NCBI RefSeq assembly: GCF_009914755.1
Contig: NC_060926.1
Length of the DNA: 64,000 nucleotides
Reading direction: 5' to 3' (one strand)
Source of the DNA: the human T2T-CHM13v2.0 reference genome, Homo sapiens
Positions 17,385-39,803 of this stretch are shown here, one piece after another. How positions within the stretch are numbered: the first letter of the stretch is position 1; each line of letters begins with the position of its first letter. The translations under genes were made by a program, and so were the position numbers. Below the pieces are notes generated by a model. It saw only the letters and a list, made by a program, of their open reading frames with translations, was not told the origin of the DNA and ran no database searches.

Positions 17385-17570
17385 GGAACCTTTCTGTACC
17401 ATGCCACTATTGACATCTGGAGACAGATGATTCCACATTGCAGGGGATTGACCTGTGCGTTGTAGGATGTTTAGCAATGTCCTTGGATTCTACCACAAGT
17501 TACCAATAGCAGATACTGTTCCCACCTGCCGTGTGACGACAAAAAAAGTCTCTGATTGACAAACACTGAC
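17385..17570. mobile_element. MER20 (hAT-Charlie) fragment
   Basis: cactattgacatctgg...cctgtgcgttgtaggatgtttagcaatgtccttggattctacc matches MER20. Confidence 0.8.
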
Positions 17571-18282
17571 TTATATAAATCCAAAATAACTAATGGATGT
17601 CTCTCATAAAGTAATTTGGGGGTATTCCTGATAATTGTCAAAGTACTGCTCACTAAGATGAAGCTACCAGTGTGGTAACTATATCAACATCAGGGTACTC
17701 CTGAAGAATTTATTATGGTTTCTATAACCTTGCTTATTTTTAATCCCTTAATAACAATATTTATAATCCTCAAATAAATTTCACATCAACATGAGCTTTT
17801 TGTGGGTAGAATTTATTTAAATGCAAAGGAATAATGTGATGAGTGTAAAGATACCTTCTTTATTTGAAGTAACTGAAATGTATATCAGCTTTTAAAGCTC
17901 CATGGATGGGACACCTCTACCCTCATCAGTGGAATTCTTACAATGTGACTCAGGGAACAACGTCATTTACAAATGAATACATAAACTAAAAGACAAAGAC
18001 AACCTTTTCAAAGAGTTGAAGTGAGCATCTGACAGTTTGTTTTCTTTTTCCTTTTTTAAAGGGTCACATAAATATGCACTGGGCATAGGAAATAAAAAGT
18101 TTTAATAGTCACTCAGTAAGGAACTACATTAGCAAATTTCACTGACACAAAATTCTGGCCCACATAGGCATTTTGTGGAAGAGCTGCTTTAGAATAAGGC
18201 CATTTCCTGTAAGTATCCAGTATAAGACCACAAAAGTACATACACATGGGCAAACCAAGATGTGCGTGAATATGTTCTGTCA

Positions 18283-18338
18283 CTCTTTTTCTCTCTCTTT
18301 CTCTCTTCTCTCTCTTCTCTCTCTCTCTCTGTCTGTCT
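18283..18338. repeat. (CT)n-rich tract
   Basis: Seen directly. Confidence 0.85.
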
Positions 18339-18429
18339 TTTTAGCACTACAAACTGGTCAGCTATAAAGTTATAAAGTTCATGGATATAACGTGTATTCC
18401 ATGGGCACATAAAAATTTGAGGTGTGCAT

Positions 18430-18710
18430 TGCAGCTAACAAAAGGAAATTTAATAGAAATAAAGTCCTATTGTCAACAAATTAAATAAAATAACTGAAAA
18501 GTTATTTAGGAGAAGAGACTACAATTAGCAAAAGTTTATGCAAACTCTGGGGTTTTTACTTGGCTGTAATTTCTCTTTGAGACATCAGGGTGATGTGGTT
18601 GCCTAAAAGACTAATGCAATTGTAGACCACGTTGATAGAAATATAAATTCTAACTCCTGGGGGACAGTATATTTACCACTTGGTGCCAATTAGCCTACAG
18701 CTATTTTTGG
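18430..18710 (+). mobile_element. L3/CR1 LINE fragment
   Basis: cagggtgatgtggttgcctaaaagactaatgcaattgtag resembles the CR1 motif cagtgtgatgcggctgctaaaaaagctaatgcgatcttagg. Confidence 0.6.
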
Positions 18711-19349
18711 GAATTCTTGAAAAGTAATAATAATAATGAATCTCAGAGTTATAATGGATTCTTTGCTTTAGAGGTGCTGATTTTGCTCTTTAAGATTCCT
18801 ATTATTTGATTCTTCAAGATTAGCAATGTTTCAGCTCCCTTTCTTATTGGTTTAAGTAATGTTAAGGCTTCAATTTCATTATCTATTAAACTGTACCATC
18901 CTATGAAATCTTTATTGCATTATTTTCTCAAAATTTTAACAATTTTTCTCTTAATTACTATATAACAAAGCAGGATTTGTATAATTTTAAATCTAATAAG
19001 TCTAGAATTTCTGAAAGATTGTAGGCAATCCCACAGGATTTAGATTTATAGTAAGGAAAGAAACAATCACTCGGTGGCTAAGGCAGCAGATTCAATATCA
19101 CTTTCTGTGGAAACTAATACAACAATTTATGAAGAACTCTGCAGATACATCTCTTTACGGTGGGCACACTCGTTTTCTATGCTCCTTTGATAATTATATC
19201 CCCCAAATTCATTCCATCCCTGTCTAATCCTTATTCATTAAACTTCTCAAAGTTTGAAAAAGTAAAACAGAGAATAGATTTGAAAAAGGGTTGTAAAATT
19301 CCTCACAGTAGAATGGTTTCCACATAATCATAAATGTATTTTTTACTTA

Positions 19350-19790
19350 TTTCTACATGGTTTATAAGATATTGATTCTTTTGTATTAGTTGAGGGTTTA
19401 TCTGTGATAAATATATGGTCAATTTATTTTTAATGTTTCATATGTGCTTCAAAGTATGGTTTCTTCTAGAATTGTTGGGTATAGAATCCTCTAACTACTC
19501 ATTAGAAAAAAAAGTATGATAATACAGTTCTAATTTTCTCTTTGTTTACTAATTATTGCCTGTCAGTTTTAGATACTGTTACAAGTCTTTACAAACGATG
19601 ATGAATTTATCAGATTCTACTTATAATATTATTTTTTGCTTTACATCTTTTGATTCAGATGTTAGTGCTTTTTATCTGATAATATCATGGTATTATCAAC
19701 TAACTACACTAACTCTCTTTGGGTTATTCTGCATTTTTATTTCTTGTATGTATTTTTCTATTCCATTATTTTCAGTCATGCTGAGTCATT
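19350..19790 (-). mobile_element. Ancient L1M fragment
   Basis: Antisense EN-region-like sequence (atatggtcaattt...aatgtttcatatgtgctt...attgttgggtatagaat). Confidence 0.55.
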
Positions 19791-19987
19791 CTGCTTTAGT
19801 TTAGAATAAAAAAGGGACATTCAGGTTTCATTCCAATATGGAATGAGCTTAGAGGTTATAATTACTATCCTTTCAAGAATACAAAAGCTTAACAAACTAT
19901 AAACAAAAATCAGAGATTTGAAATCAAAGGAAAAATTGGTAGTTTTTATTATATTATAAGATATTTCATTCATTAAAAAAACCTTCT

Positions 19988-20391
19988 TGATATGTATTGG
20001 AGGCATTATGGCCTCCAAATCTTGTGTTGAAATGTAATCACCAATGTTGGAGATATGGGCTGGTGAGAGGTGTTTGAGTGATGGAGGCAGGTCCTTCATG
20101 AATGGCTTGGTGCCCTCTTCATGGTAATAAGTGCATTCTCACTCTGAATTCATCTTTAAAACAGTATGGCACCTCCTCCTTCTCTCTTTTCCTCCCTCTC
20201 TCACCAAGTGACATGCTGGCTCCCCTTCACCTTCTGCCATGAATGAAAGCTTCCCTAGGCCCTCACCAGAAGCAGATGACAGCACTATGCTTCATGTACA
20301 GCCTGCAAAACTCTGAGCCAATAAACCTCTTTTGTTTATAAATTTCTCAGTCTCAGATATTCCATTATAGTAACACAAATGGACTAACACA
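19988..20391 (+). mobile_element. MSTB-like MaLR solo LTR
   Basis: tgatatg...catgaatggcttggtgccctc...gaagcagatgacagcactatgcttcatgtacagcctgca...ggactaacaca. Confidence 0.88.
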
Positions 20392-20734
20392 CTCTTTTGA
20401 AGTAGTATAGAAATTAAAAATATGGTGGCTTACAGACAAAACAAACTGACATACATTTTTAAAAAATGAACAAAGCTAAATTCAAAGTGGAAATGTCAAA
20501 CATAAAGTTAAGAACATTTTTCACAATTGAGTAAGATTTTAAGGTGACCAACCGTTAAGGTAGAGTTAATCATGGATAATATTTTTATAATAGGACAAAA
20601 TCTAATAATAGAAATGAAGGAGAGAGGAGAGTAATCAATAGTGATATTTCCTTAAAAAAGTACTTAATTTAATGAATTTTTCTAATGTTAGATATATAAA
20701 GGCTAAGTATGATGGCTAAATATGATGAATGAAA

Positions 20735-20781
20735 ACACACACACACACGTGCACACACACACACACACACAAACACAAACA
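20735..20781. repeat. (CA)n microsatellite
   Basis: Seen directly. Confidence 0.9.
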
Positions 20782-21991
20782 CCGTTTTCTCTTTTCAGAT
20801 TCTTTCATCTATTTCCTATGCATCTCATTGGTTTTCAACATCAAGATGACTTCTAGAGCTCCAGCTACAAAACACAAGCTTCAATCAACAGGAAAAAATA
20901 ACAGTCTATCTTTAAAGAAAAAAAATCCCTAAAATCTAATTGCAGTGGCCAGTCTTTCCTCATGAATATTTCACAAGAAAAATACTAACTAATGGAAGTA
21001 AGTAGAGTCATATTTTAAAAATATGATTAAATTATAGGCATACCCTAACTGTATCAAAAAAGCAACAACATTCAAACCTAGCACAATTCCTGATTAGACC
21101 ATCTCAACTAATGACCTGACAGAAAAAAGAGATATTTTCATTACCCAATATGAATATTTTTTAACCTTAGTCTACATTGTTCTACAAATAATGCATAAAA
21201 TCATTAAAAACTTAAATATATACACAAAAGAGTAATGAAAACAAACCATTGCCAAGACAGAAGGTGATCAGTAGAATCTGAGTGACAGAAAAACAGGATA
21301 TTAAATATATAAAACAAATATTTTAAGATAATTATGATATGTTAAAGGATTTATTGGAAATGGTAAATTACTTGCCTTAATAGATAGAGGTTCTAACAGG
21401 GAGATTGAAGATATTTTTCAAACAGCAAATAGAAATGGTGGATATATAAAAACATCATATGAGAGATGAGTACTTTGCTTTATTGACTAATCAGTAGACT
21501 TAAAAAGGAAAAATTAGTGAACTTAAAAATAGGTCAAACAAAATCAACAATACTGAAACTAAAGAGAACAAAAAAATTAAAAAAGGAAGACAAAAAGAAG
21601 ATTTAAGAGCCGTGAATTGTCCTCACTATAGGTGTAATTGGAGCTCTAGAGAGAGAACAGAAACAGAATAAGGCAGAAAAACATGATGGGCAATAGATTT
21701 CTGAAATAACGAAAATGATCAACCTCAGAAATAAGAAGATCTTTGAACACCAACATATAGACATGTTATATTTAAATTGCTATAAGCAAAAGATAAAGGC
21801 AAGATTTGAAATGCTGATCAAGGAGAAACAAAAACATATTTTATAGAGAATAACTAACAATGATTGAAGCATTTTTCTTGTTAGAAAATAGGAACACTAC
21901 AAGAAAACAGAGGTACATTTAAATTGTAAAGAAAAAAAACACTGTTAACACAGAATTCTTAACTCAGTAAAAATATGTTTTAAAATGATAG

Positions 21992-30755
<8,764 letters not shown>

Positions 30756-33018
30756 AAAATTAGGATGAAATAAACATATCTTGAGGGGTAAAAAAAGGAA
30801 ATAAGAGAATTCCTTGCCTGTGCTATGCAGATTTCTGAAGAAAGTTCTTAAAAAAGCAGAAAATGATACCAGACTAAAATTTGAATCTCTACAAATAAAT
30901 GAAAAGAATCAGAAATAATAAAACTTAATAGATATCAATATATTTTTCATTAATTTTATTACTTTAAAAGGCAATTTACTATCAAACCCAAAAATAGTAA
31001 CGTTGTGATAATTCATACACACATATCACAAAAATACATGAAAAATTGGAAGAAAGAATTTGAATATATTGTAAAGTTATTACATAAATCATGAAGTGAT
31101 AGAATACTATCTAAAGTTAGACTGTGTTAAATTGTATATTATAAGCTGTATGTAAACCACTGAAAAGCAGAAAATGAGGTATAAAATAAAGCCATGATGG
31201 ATATTAATTGAAATAATGAGTAACTCACAATTCATTAAAACTCCAGAAAAAGCAAGATCCAACCACAAGCTGCTTACCAGAAATATGCTTTAAATATACA
31301 GGAACTGATAGGTTAAAAGTAAAAGGATGAAAAAAGGATATACCATTAAAAAAATGAAAGTAAAGCTGGGATGACTCTATAATTATCAGACTAAATAGAT
31401 TAACAAAAATGAAATCTAACAATTATAATGAAGAATGTTACTTAGTGATAAAATAGTCAGTTCACAAAGAATATATGATCATTTAAAACAAGTACGATTT
31501 TTGAAAGAAGCCTCAAAATGCATAAAGCAGAATGCAATGGATTGAAAAGAATAAATGGTCAAGTGTATAACTATGGCTTAGTACCTCAACTTTCATCTGT
31601 CTGTAATTAATAAAACAACTAGAAAATCAATAACTAAATATATAGAAAACTTGAACACTGTGATCCCAATTTTTTAAACTTGTTTTCACAAATGCCCCGC
31701 CTAATAACTTCATAATTTATAATTCTTTGAAGTGCATATAGCAAAGATTCATGGCATTCTAGACCATTAATTTTTTGTAATTTAACCCAACACATTTAAA
31801 AGAATTGGAATCACACACAGTATGTTCTTTGACCAAAATAAAGTTGAGCTGGGAATTAATAATAAAACGATATCCAGAAATGTCCAAAATATTTAGAAAT
31901 TAAACAACTGAATTCTACATAACCCATAAGCCAAAATCAAAATCACAAGAGAAACTGGAAAACATTTTAGATTAAATGGGAATGAAATCACAACAAATCA
32001 AAATTTGGGAATTGCAGATAAAATAATGTGAAAATGGAATTCATAGCATTAAATGCTTATCTTAGAAACAAAAAAAATCAAATAATGACATAAGATTCTG
32101 TATTTAGAAATGAGAAAAGAAAAACAAAATCAATGCAGCACAATAAAGAAAATATTAAAGATAAACAAGAAATCAATGAAATTGAAATCAAAGATACAGT
32201 GGAGAAAATCAATAAATCTAATGAATCTCTAGATTTTAATTATTACAAAAGTGGAGACATTCAGATTACCAATATCAGAAATGGCAGAGGAGATATTACT
32301 ATAGAACCTGTGGACATTAACAGGACAATAAAAAAAAAAATTTAAACTATGTGCCAACGAGTGCATAATCTTATATAAAATGAACAAATTACTTGAAAAA
32401 GAAACTAACAATACTCACTGGAAAATGAGGAATATTCGGAACAATCATAAAATTATTAAGGTAATAAATTTTAGTTAAGAATCTCCTAACAACTACACAA
32501 CAAACAATAATCAGACAAAACTTTCTGGAAGGAAATTCTGTCAGTCTTTCAAGGAAGAAACAATATCACATTTTTCAAAAAAGCTTGCATAAAGTTATAT
32601 TGAAAATTATAACTTTCATCACATTTTACGAAGCCAGCATTATCCTGATAGAAAATGTAACAGACATTAAAATAAAAGAAAATTTAAGTCTGATATTTTC
32701 CAAAAATTTAGACAACAGCAACAACAAGAAAAACTCCTCAACATAATAATACTACATAGAAGCTATAAAGGTATGAAAAAGATAGTAATGACCAAGTGGT
32801 GTTTGCATTGGGAGTGCAAGCATTTTTCAACATCCAAAACTCAATCAATGTAGTTTGTTTTCAACAGCTTAAGAAGAGAAGTCATATCACCATGTCAGTA
32901 GATGCACAAAAGCAATTGACAACATTCAACACCCAATCATAATTAAGAATGCTAAGTAGCATTGAAATGTAAGAACAAATTATAAACCTGATAAAGATCA
33001 TTTTAAAAGAAAACCTAC

Positions 33019-33249
33019 ATCTCTGATGGTTTTATAAGTAGCTCTTCCCTCTTCACTTGCCACTTCTCCTTCTTGCCACCTTGTGAAGACGACGCCTTGC
33101 TTCCCCTTCACCTTTCACCATGATTGTAAGTTTTCTGAGGTCTCCCCAGCCAGGCTGAACTGTGAGTCAATTAAATCTCTCCTTTTTTAAAAAATAAATT
33201 ACCCAGACATGGGCAGTTCTTTATAACAGCATGAGAATAAACTAATACA
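33019..33249 (+). mobile_element. THE1/MSTA LTR, 3' half
   Basis: ccatgattgtaagttttctgagg...aactgtgagtcaattaaa...actaataca. Confidence 0.85.
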
Positions 33250-33351
33250 GGCAGACTGCCAGAAGTTTTAAGACCAGCGTGGTTTCACCTCAAACAAAGG
33301 AAATAAAAATTATCAGCAACATGCTTCTTCCTCATTTCCAGAAGTTGATAC

Positions 33352-33583
33352 TTTTTAAAATTTGTATAAATTAAGTAGTACAAGTGCAGTTTTTTACCTG
33401 GATATATGGGGTGTTGGTGAAGGCTAGGCTTTTCATATATACATCACCCAAATAATACAGTAATACATTGTACCCATGAAGTACTTTTTCATCACCCACA
33501 ACCCTCCCACCCTCCACCCTTTGGAGTCTCCATTGTCTGTCATTTCACACTCTATGTCCATGCTTCATCATTATTTACCTCCC
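33352..33583 (-). mobile_element. L1PB-type 3' end
   Basis: gtacaagtgcagttttttacctggatata...atcacccaaata...attgtaccc. Confidence 0.75.
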
Positions 33584-33594
33584 TCAGTTTATTT

Positions 33595-33900
33595 TAGCAG
33601 AAAGAGTAGTATAATATTTGAAGTCAGACATAACTGGGTTTTGAATGCCAACTCTAATAGTAACCATCCTTAGCTAGTTTCTTGAACTAACAAAGTTTCA
33701 GTTTTCTGACCTGAAAGCTAGGATGATATGTACTTCATAGATTTTACTTTAACTTGAGTCAATTTATGTAAAACATCTATTAGGTTCGTGCAAGAGTTAT
33801 TGCAGCTTTTGCCATTAAAAATAATGGCAAAGACTGCAATTACTTTTGCAACAACCTAATACTATTCCTAGGACATACTAGGTCTTCAAGTTATTTTTCT
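33595..33900 (+). mobile_element. MIR hosting a MADE1
   Basis: gaagtcagacataactgggttttgaatgccaactct...tttcagttttctgacctgaaag. Confidence 0.7.
33780..33859. mobile_element. MADE1 MITE with TA TSD
   Basis: 80-bp palindrome ttaggttcgtgcaagagttattgcag...ctgcaattacttttgcaacaacctaa flanked by TA/TA. Confidence 0.93.
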
Positions 33901-36301
33901 TTACCTAAAGAAGTTGTCAAACTTCTTTAAAACAGAAAAACCACTGTTTAAGGCAAGAATCTATTAAAAGACTTTTTATTAGAAAATAAATAATATTAGA
34001 TAATATATACTATTGTGATTACTCCATATTATTAAATGTAGAATTAGCAGATATTATTTTATAATCAAATCATTATTGAGTAGATACTAGTGTCATATAA
34101 GTACTAGCCTCAATGGGAGAAAATAATGAAGGAATAAGTAGGCATGTCTCTTCCATAACGTAGCTTATACCTATGAGGCCCTCATAGCCTTATTGAAATT
34201 AATTTAACTTCTTTTATTTCTTAGCTGAATTAGTATTTTTGTAAAGACACAATGTTGTGATTGAGGATGATAGGGACTTTAAATTGGAATGTGAGGCACA
34301 GCACAAGAGATTGAGTTGATCCAGGGCAGGCATAGGCAGTACACGTGTACCTAGAGGTCTGGGGAAGTAGGATTGAAAAGATAAGGGTACATAAAGTCCT
34401 TAAAGGGACAGGATAAGTTATCAAAATCATAGGTCTCTGTTTTAAAAATTCTACTTATACTTATCCTAGGCAAAGTTAGTCTCTCCATTTTTCACTGTCT
34501 TTTACATTATAATGTCATTGATCCCAGGATATAGAATTTATGTTAGTGAAATCTGATGGGGGAATCAAAATTTATTGTATCGATTATGTGAGAAAATTTA
34601 CCCTAACTTCTAGGCAACCAATTTATGTATGAATTTTTCTGATGCAACCCATTTATATACTAGAGACTGCCTTTATTGACTGTCCATATACCATTTCAAC
34701 AGAAATAAACAGTATGTGTAAAGAGTTATAAATTCATGCCATATTATCTAACAGACACAGATATCCCTTCAACAATAACAACAAAATGAATTAAAAATGA
34801 TTACATACACTGCAAACATTTGAAAAACTTAGATTGTGACAAACATTTAACTTTGAAAGCATCACAAAATGTGTCACATGACTAAGACCTCAAGTGATAG
34901 AATTTGAATATTTCAGATGAACCGTTAGTGGCAGTGAACTTTGTAAAAGACTTTATGACACCTACAGTGCTGAGTTTTATTTAGAACAAAATTGTTTGGA
35001 TGAATAAACTGTAGACGCTAAAGATAAATTCAATGTATACATTCACATAGGAACAGGTGGTTTATAGTTCATATTCCAGGAACTGTAACATGACTCTTAA
35101 ATAGGTTTTACCTGTCATTAATGTGGAAATATGACAGAAGCTCAGAAGAAGGAGGAATATGTCCACTTTTCTCATCTGCAAACCTCATGTACAGAAAAGA
35201 ATGCCCCATAAGACAGAGAACCACAGCAGTAGGTCAGAGTGATCTACGTGCTTTTTTTTTTTTTCCTGCTTCATCTCATTTTATCCTATTGCCTTGGCTA
35301 GGATATAAGACAGGTAAATCATACCCATAAATGATTTTATACCCAGGAAGAAACACAGTCCAAGAAAATATCTTGAAAACGATCTTTTTAAGGATGAACC
35401 TGCTTTCCCTCATTTGACTACTTCTATCACAAAGAAAGACACTTTTTTCTTACTTTCAGACTCACCATGAGATAACTCAGCACTTAGCTGAACCTGGACT
35501 TCCTGTACCAGCACCTTCTTTCAGACAAGACATAGGAAAGGCTTGGCTGTGATCCACCTTTATGTATTTTAGTACAAGTACTACCTAAGATGTTTAAAAC
35601 CTATTAGAAATAAATGACTATATCATATGCCCAGGCAGGGCAGAGATCAGCTTGCTATCTGGGCCACAGGTTTAATAAGATGAGGAAAAATGAGTAGGGG
35701 CCTTCAAAATGTCAAAATAGTTTGAGAGAGCTGGCCTGTGCAAATTCCATTTCAAAGACTAATGGCAATAATTATTTTAGAAACCCATCCTTAATAAAAT
35801 ACAATAGTCTTCATGATAAAAAGAGAAGCCTATACAGAATTATCTTCCTGCTGAATATGACACTTTCAGCCAGCAAATATTTCCATCCTGACACAAGGGT
35901 TGATCACTAGAAACATATCCATTGTTTTCATTTCCCCGGAGGGAGATTAATATGCATTCTATCTTGTACCAGAAGGTGTTTCTGATTGACATGAGGATTG
36001 TCATTAGAACATGACCTTAACCCAGTAGTGACTAGTGACATTACTTCAGTCATCAATACCAACTTTTATTTGCAGAATACCATGCAATTCCTATTCACAA
36101 TACGTCAACTCCTTTTGAAGTCACTTAACTCAGATTCTGTGTGACAGAAAGACAGAACTTAATATCAGAAGCACTGATCTTCAGCAGTCTTGTATGAACA
36201 TGGCTGACAGGTATAATGGTCATAGGAAGTACAGATAATTAGATCACAAAAATGAATTTCACTGTGGAGAAATATACTCTCCCTTCCTTCCCAGTTTCAC
36301 T

Positions 36302-38664
36302 AGTATTAGTCCATTCTCATGCTGCTATAAGGAAATACCTGAGACTGGGTAATTTATTAAAAAAAAAAAGGTTTCATGGGCTCAAAGTTCTGCACGGCTG
36401 GGAAGGCCTCAGGAAACTTACATGGGAGATGCTGCCCCCGTGGCATGGGGAATACTGCTCCCAGGATTCAATTATCTCTACCTGGTCCTGCCCTTGACAT
36501 GTGGGGATTATTACAATTCAAGGAGATTTTTTTTTTTTTATCAGGGCAGTGGGCACAGCCAAACCATATTATTCCACCACTGGCCCCTTCCAAATCTCAT
36601 GTCCTTACATTTCAAAACACATTCATGCTCTCCCAGCAGTTTCCAAAAGTCTTAACTTATTCTATCATTATCCCAAGAGTCCCAGGGCAAAGTCTCATCT
36701 GAGACAAGGAAAGTCCCTTCTATGAGCCTGTAAAATCAAAAGCAACTTTGTCACTTCCTAGATACAATGAGGATACAGGCATTGGTTAAATATTCCTGCT
36801 CCAAGTGGGAACAATTGGCCAAAACAAAGGGGCTACAGGCCCCATGCAAGTCTGAAATCCAGCAGTGCAGTGAAATCTTACAGCTCCAAAATGATCTCCT
36901 TTAACTCCATGTCTCACATCCAGGTCATGCTGATGCAAGAGGTGGTCTCCCATGGCCTTGAGCAGCTCTGCCCCTGTGGCTTTGCAGGGTGCAGCCTCCC
37001 TCCTGGCTGCTTTCACAGGCTGGCTTTGAGTTCCTGTGGCTTTTCTAGGTGCACAGTGCAAACTCTTGGTGAATCTACCATTCTGGGGTCTGGAGAATGG
37101 TCGCCCTCTTCTTGTTGGGGGTGCATGGCAACATATTCAAGCTGATGTACAAGGCATTTGAGGTTGGGGCATGTAACAATACTGAGGCACTGTGTGTATG
37201 TTATTTGTGCATGGGAATGCCACTCTTTGACCCTGAAAACAGGACAAGGAGTTGAGTGTGTGATAAGGAACGCTGGAAACAGCCTCCTGAGAATACGGTT
37301 TGAGTGCTTTTACAAGGCCATAGTTATCTCACAACCTGACCTCAAATGGCCATCTAGTCACTGTTTGTAGTTTAATAAACCCTTTCAATAAATACTTGAC
37401 AATGGATTCTGGGGTGACACTCTCTCAGAAGAGTGGTCCCCCACCCCACTCAGCTGGAATTGTCTGAGAACTCATTCTTGCCATTCACTGCCAGCTATAG
37501 GCTCTGAACTTCTCACAGCTCCACTAGGCAGTGCCCCAGTAGGGACTCTGTGGGGGGCTCTGACCAATATTTCCCTTCTGCACTGTCCTAGCAGAGGTTC
37601 TGCATGCTAGAGAGAACCCCTGCATCACAGTTCTGCCTAGGCATCCAAGCATTTCCATACATTCTCTGAAATTGAGGTGGAGGTTCCCAAACCTCAGTTC
37701 TTGACTTCTGTGCACCAGCAAGCCCAACACCACATGTAAGCCACCAAGGCTCAGGGCTTGCACCCTCTGAAGCAACAGCATGAGCTGTATCTTTGCCCCT
37801 TTTAGCCATGGCTGGAGTTGAAGCAGCTGATACTCGGGGCACCATGTATAGAGTCTGCACAGAGCAGCAGGGTCCTGGGGTGAGCCCAATAAATCATTTT
37901 TTCCTCCTAGGCCTCTGGGTCTGTGATGGGAGTGGTTGCTGTGAAGGACTCTGACATGTACCAGAGACATTTTCCCCACTGTCTTGGTAATTAACATTCA
38001 ACTCCTTGTTACTTATGCAACTTTCTGCAGCAGGCTTGAATTTCTCTCAAGAAAATGAGTTTTTCTTTTCTGTCACCTCATCAGGCTGCGCATTTTCCAA
38101 ACTTTTATGCTCTGCTTCCTCCTGAATGCTTTGCCACTTAGAAATTTCTTCTGTCAGATACTCTAAATCATCTCTCTCAAGTTCAAAGTGTCATAGATCT
38201 CTAGAGCAAGGGCAAAATGCTACCAGTCTCTTTGCATAGCAAGAGTGACCTTTATTCTAGTTCCCAACAGTTCCACATCTCCATTCGAGACGACCTCAGC
38301 CTAGACTTTATTGTTAATATAACTATTGGCATTTTGCTCCAAGCCATTCAACAAGTCTCCGGGAAGTTCCAAACTTGCCCTCATCTTCCTGTTTTCTGAG
38401 CCTTCCAAATCTCTAGGAAGTTCCAAACTTTCCCACATTTTCTTGTCTTCTTCTGAGCCCTCCAAACTGTTCCAATATCTGCCTGTTACACAGTTCCATA
38501 GTTGCTTCCACATTTTTGGGTATCCTTATAGCAGCACTCCACTCCTCATACCAATTTACTGTATCAGCCCATTTTCATATTGTTATAAAGAAATGCATGA
38601 GACTGGGTAATTTATCAAGGAAAGAGGTTTAATTGACTCACAGTTCCGCATGGCTGGAGAGGCC
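36302..38664 (-). mobile_element. THE1D-like MaLR provirus (3' LTR 36302-36571, internal 36572-38559, truncated 5' LTR 38560-38664)
   Basis: THE1 LTR termini and MaLR-internal ORF remnants (GSEEDKKMWESLELPRDL, VWEPPPQFQRMYGNAWM). Confidence 0.9.
37113..37508 (+). mobile_element. Solo LTR (5-bp TSD, ERVL-class; possibly LTR57-like) nested in THE1-internal
   Basis: 396-bp insert starting TG, with AATAAA motifs near 37374-37392. Exact TSD cttct at 37108-37112 and 37509-37513, splitting the THE1-int motif ccctcttctcacagctcc. Confidence 0.75.
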
Positions 38665-39369
38665 AAATAATTTTTCCTTCTTCATTTCTCTCTACAATGC
38701 TGTGACTCCTGTGAGGCTTAAAAATTCTAAGCACAAAGAAGTTTCTTCCTGTAGAGTAGCATGTGAGCATGCTGGCTTTCATTCTAATGTACAGCCTCCA
38801 AAGGCTTTTGGTCATTAGTAACTCACCCAAATGCATTGCAGTCAACATGTCCATGTTTCCTTTTGTTATCCAGATGTCAATTCTGTAATTGTTCTCTTTC
38901 CTCCTCCTCATATAAATCCCACTTTTCCAAATCTTTGTGGTATATTGAATAGCTGAATCTTCTTGCACAGAAGATCATGCAGTCAAACCTCAGTAAATTT
39001 GCCTACTTCAGGCTTGCCAATGTGACTCCTATAGAATCATGTTGGACAAAGTGAACTATCTTTGACTTGCTGGCTCCATCACTTTCTCTCCAGGAATAAG
39101 TCCTCTCTTCCTCCAGATACCACATACTTTTCCGTGATTTCTAATGACAACTCCCACTCGTAGTGCAGGGATGAGATCTAGGTCCTATCACAGGGACATT
39201 AATCCTCCTGTTTCATTGAATTGTTTTTCTTTTATTCTATAATCAAAATTTTATCTCTCTTTGTGTAGGGAAAAATCAATCTTTCATCTTCACACTTTTA
39301 TATTCTGTGGAATAAATGTTATCTTCTGAAACTTTAATATAATTACTTAGAACTTAAAAATTACACACA

Positions 39370-39372
<3 letters not shown>

Positions 39373-39422
<50 letters not shown>
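39373..39422. repeat. Perfect (TA)25
   Basis: Seen directly. Confidence 0.95.
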
Positions 39423-39425
<3 letters not shown>

Positions 39426-39512
39426 TCTTTTTCCTCTCAATATATAGGGATAGAGAGAGAAAGAGTATGATGTATGTAATATATATTATATAGAGAGAGT
39501 GAGAGAGTATAC

Positions 39513-39803
39513 TTTTTTTGAGACATCAGCTGGCTACGTTGCCTAGGCTGGAGTGCAGTGGCACAATCTGAGCTCACCACAATCTCTGCCTCCTGAGCTC
39601 AAGCTATCCTCCCACTTGAGCCTCCCTATTAGCTAGGACTACTGCAAGCGCATGCCACCACACCTGGCTAATTTTTGTATTTTTTGTAGAGACGGGGTTT
39701 CGCTACGTTGCCCAGGGTGCTCCCAAACTCCTGAGCTCAAGCGATTTGCCCACTTCGGCCTGCCAAAGTGCTGGATTACAGGTGTGAACCACCATGTCCA
39801 CCC
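39513..39803 (-). mobile_element. AluJ
   Basis: Diverged antisense Alu with J features (ctcaagctatcctcccac, cctgagctcaagcgat). Confidence 0.88.

Noticed and set aside
37524-38610. ORFs of 60-157 aa and a ~55-bp tandem duplication at ~38355-38470
   Set aside because: THE1/MaLR internal remnants. As I recall, the duplication is common among THE1D-int copies.
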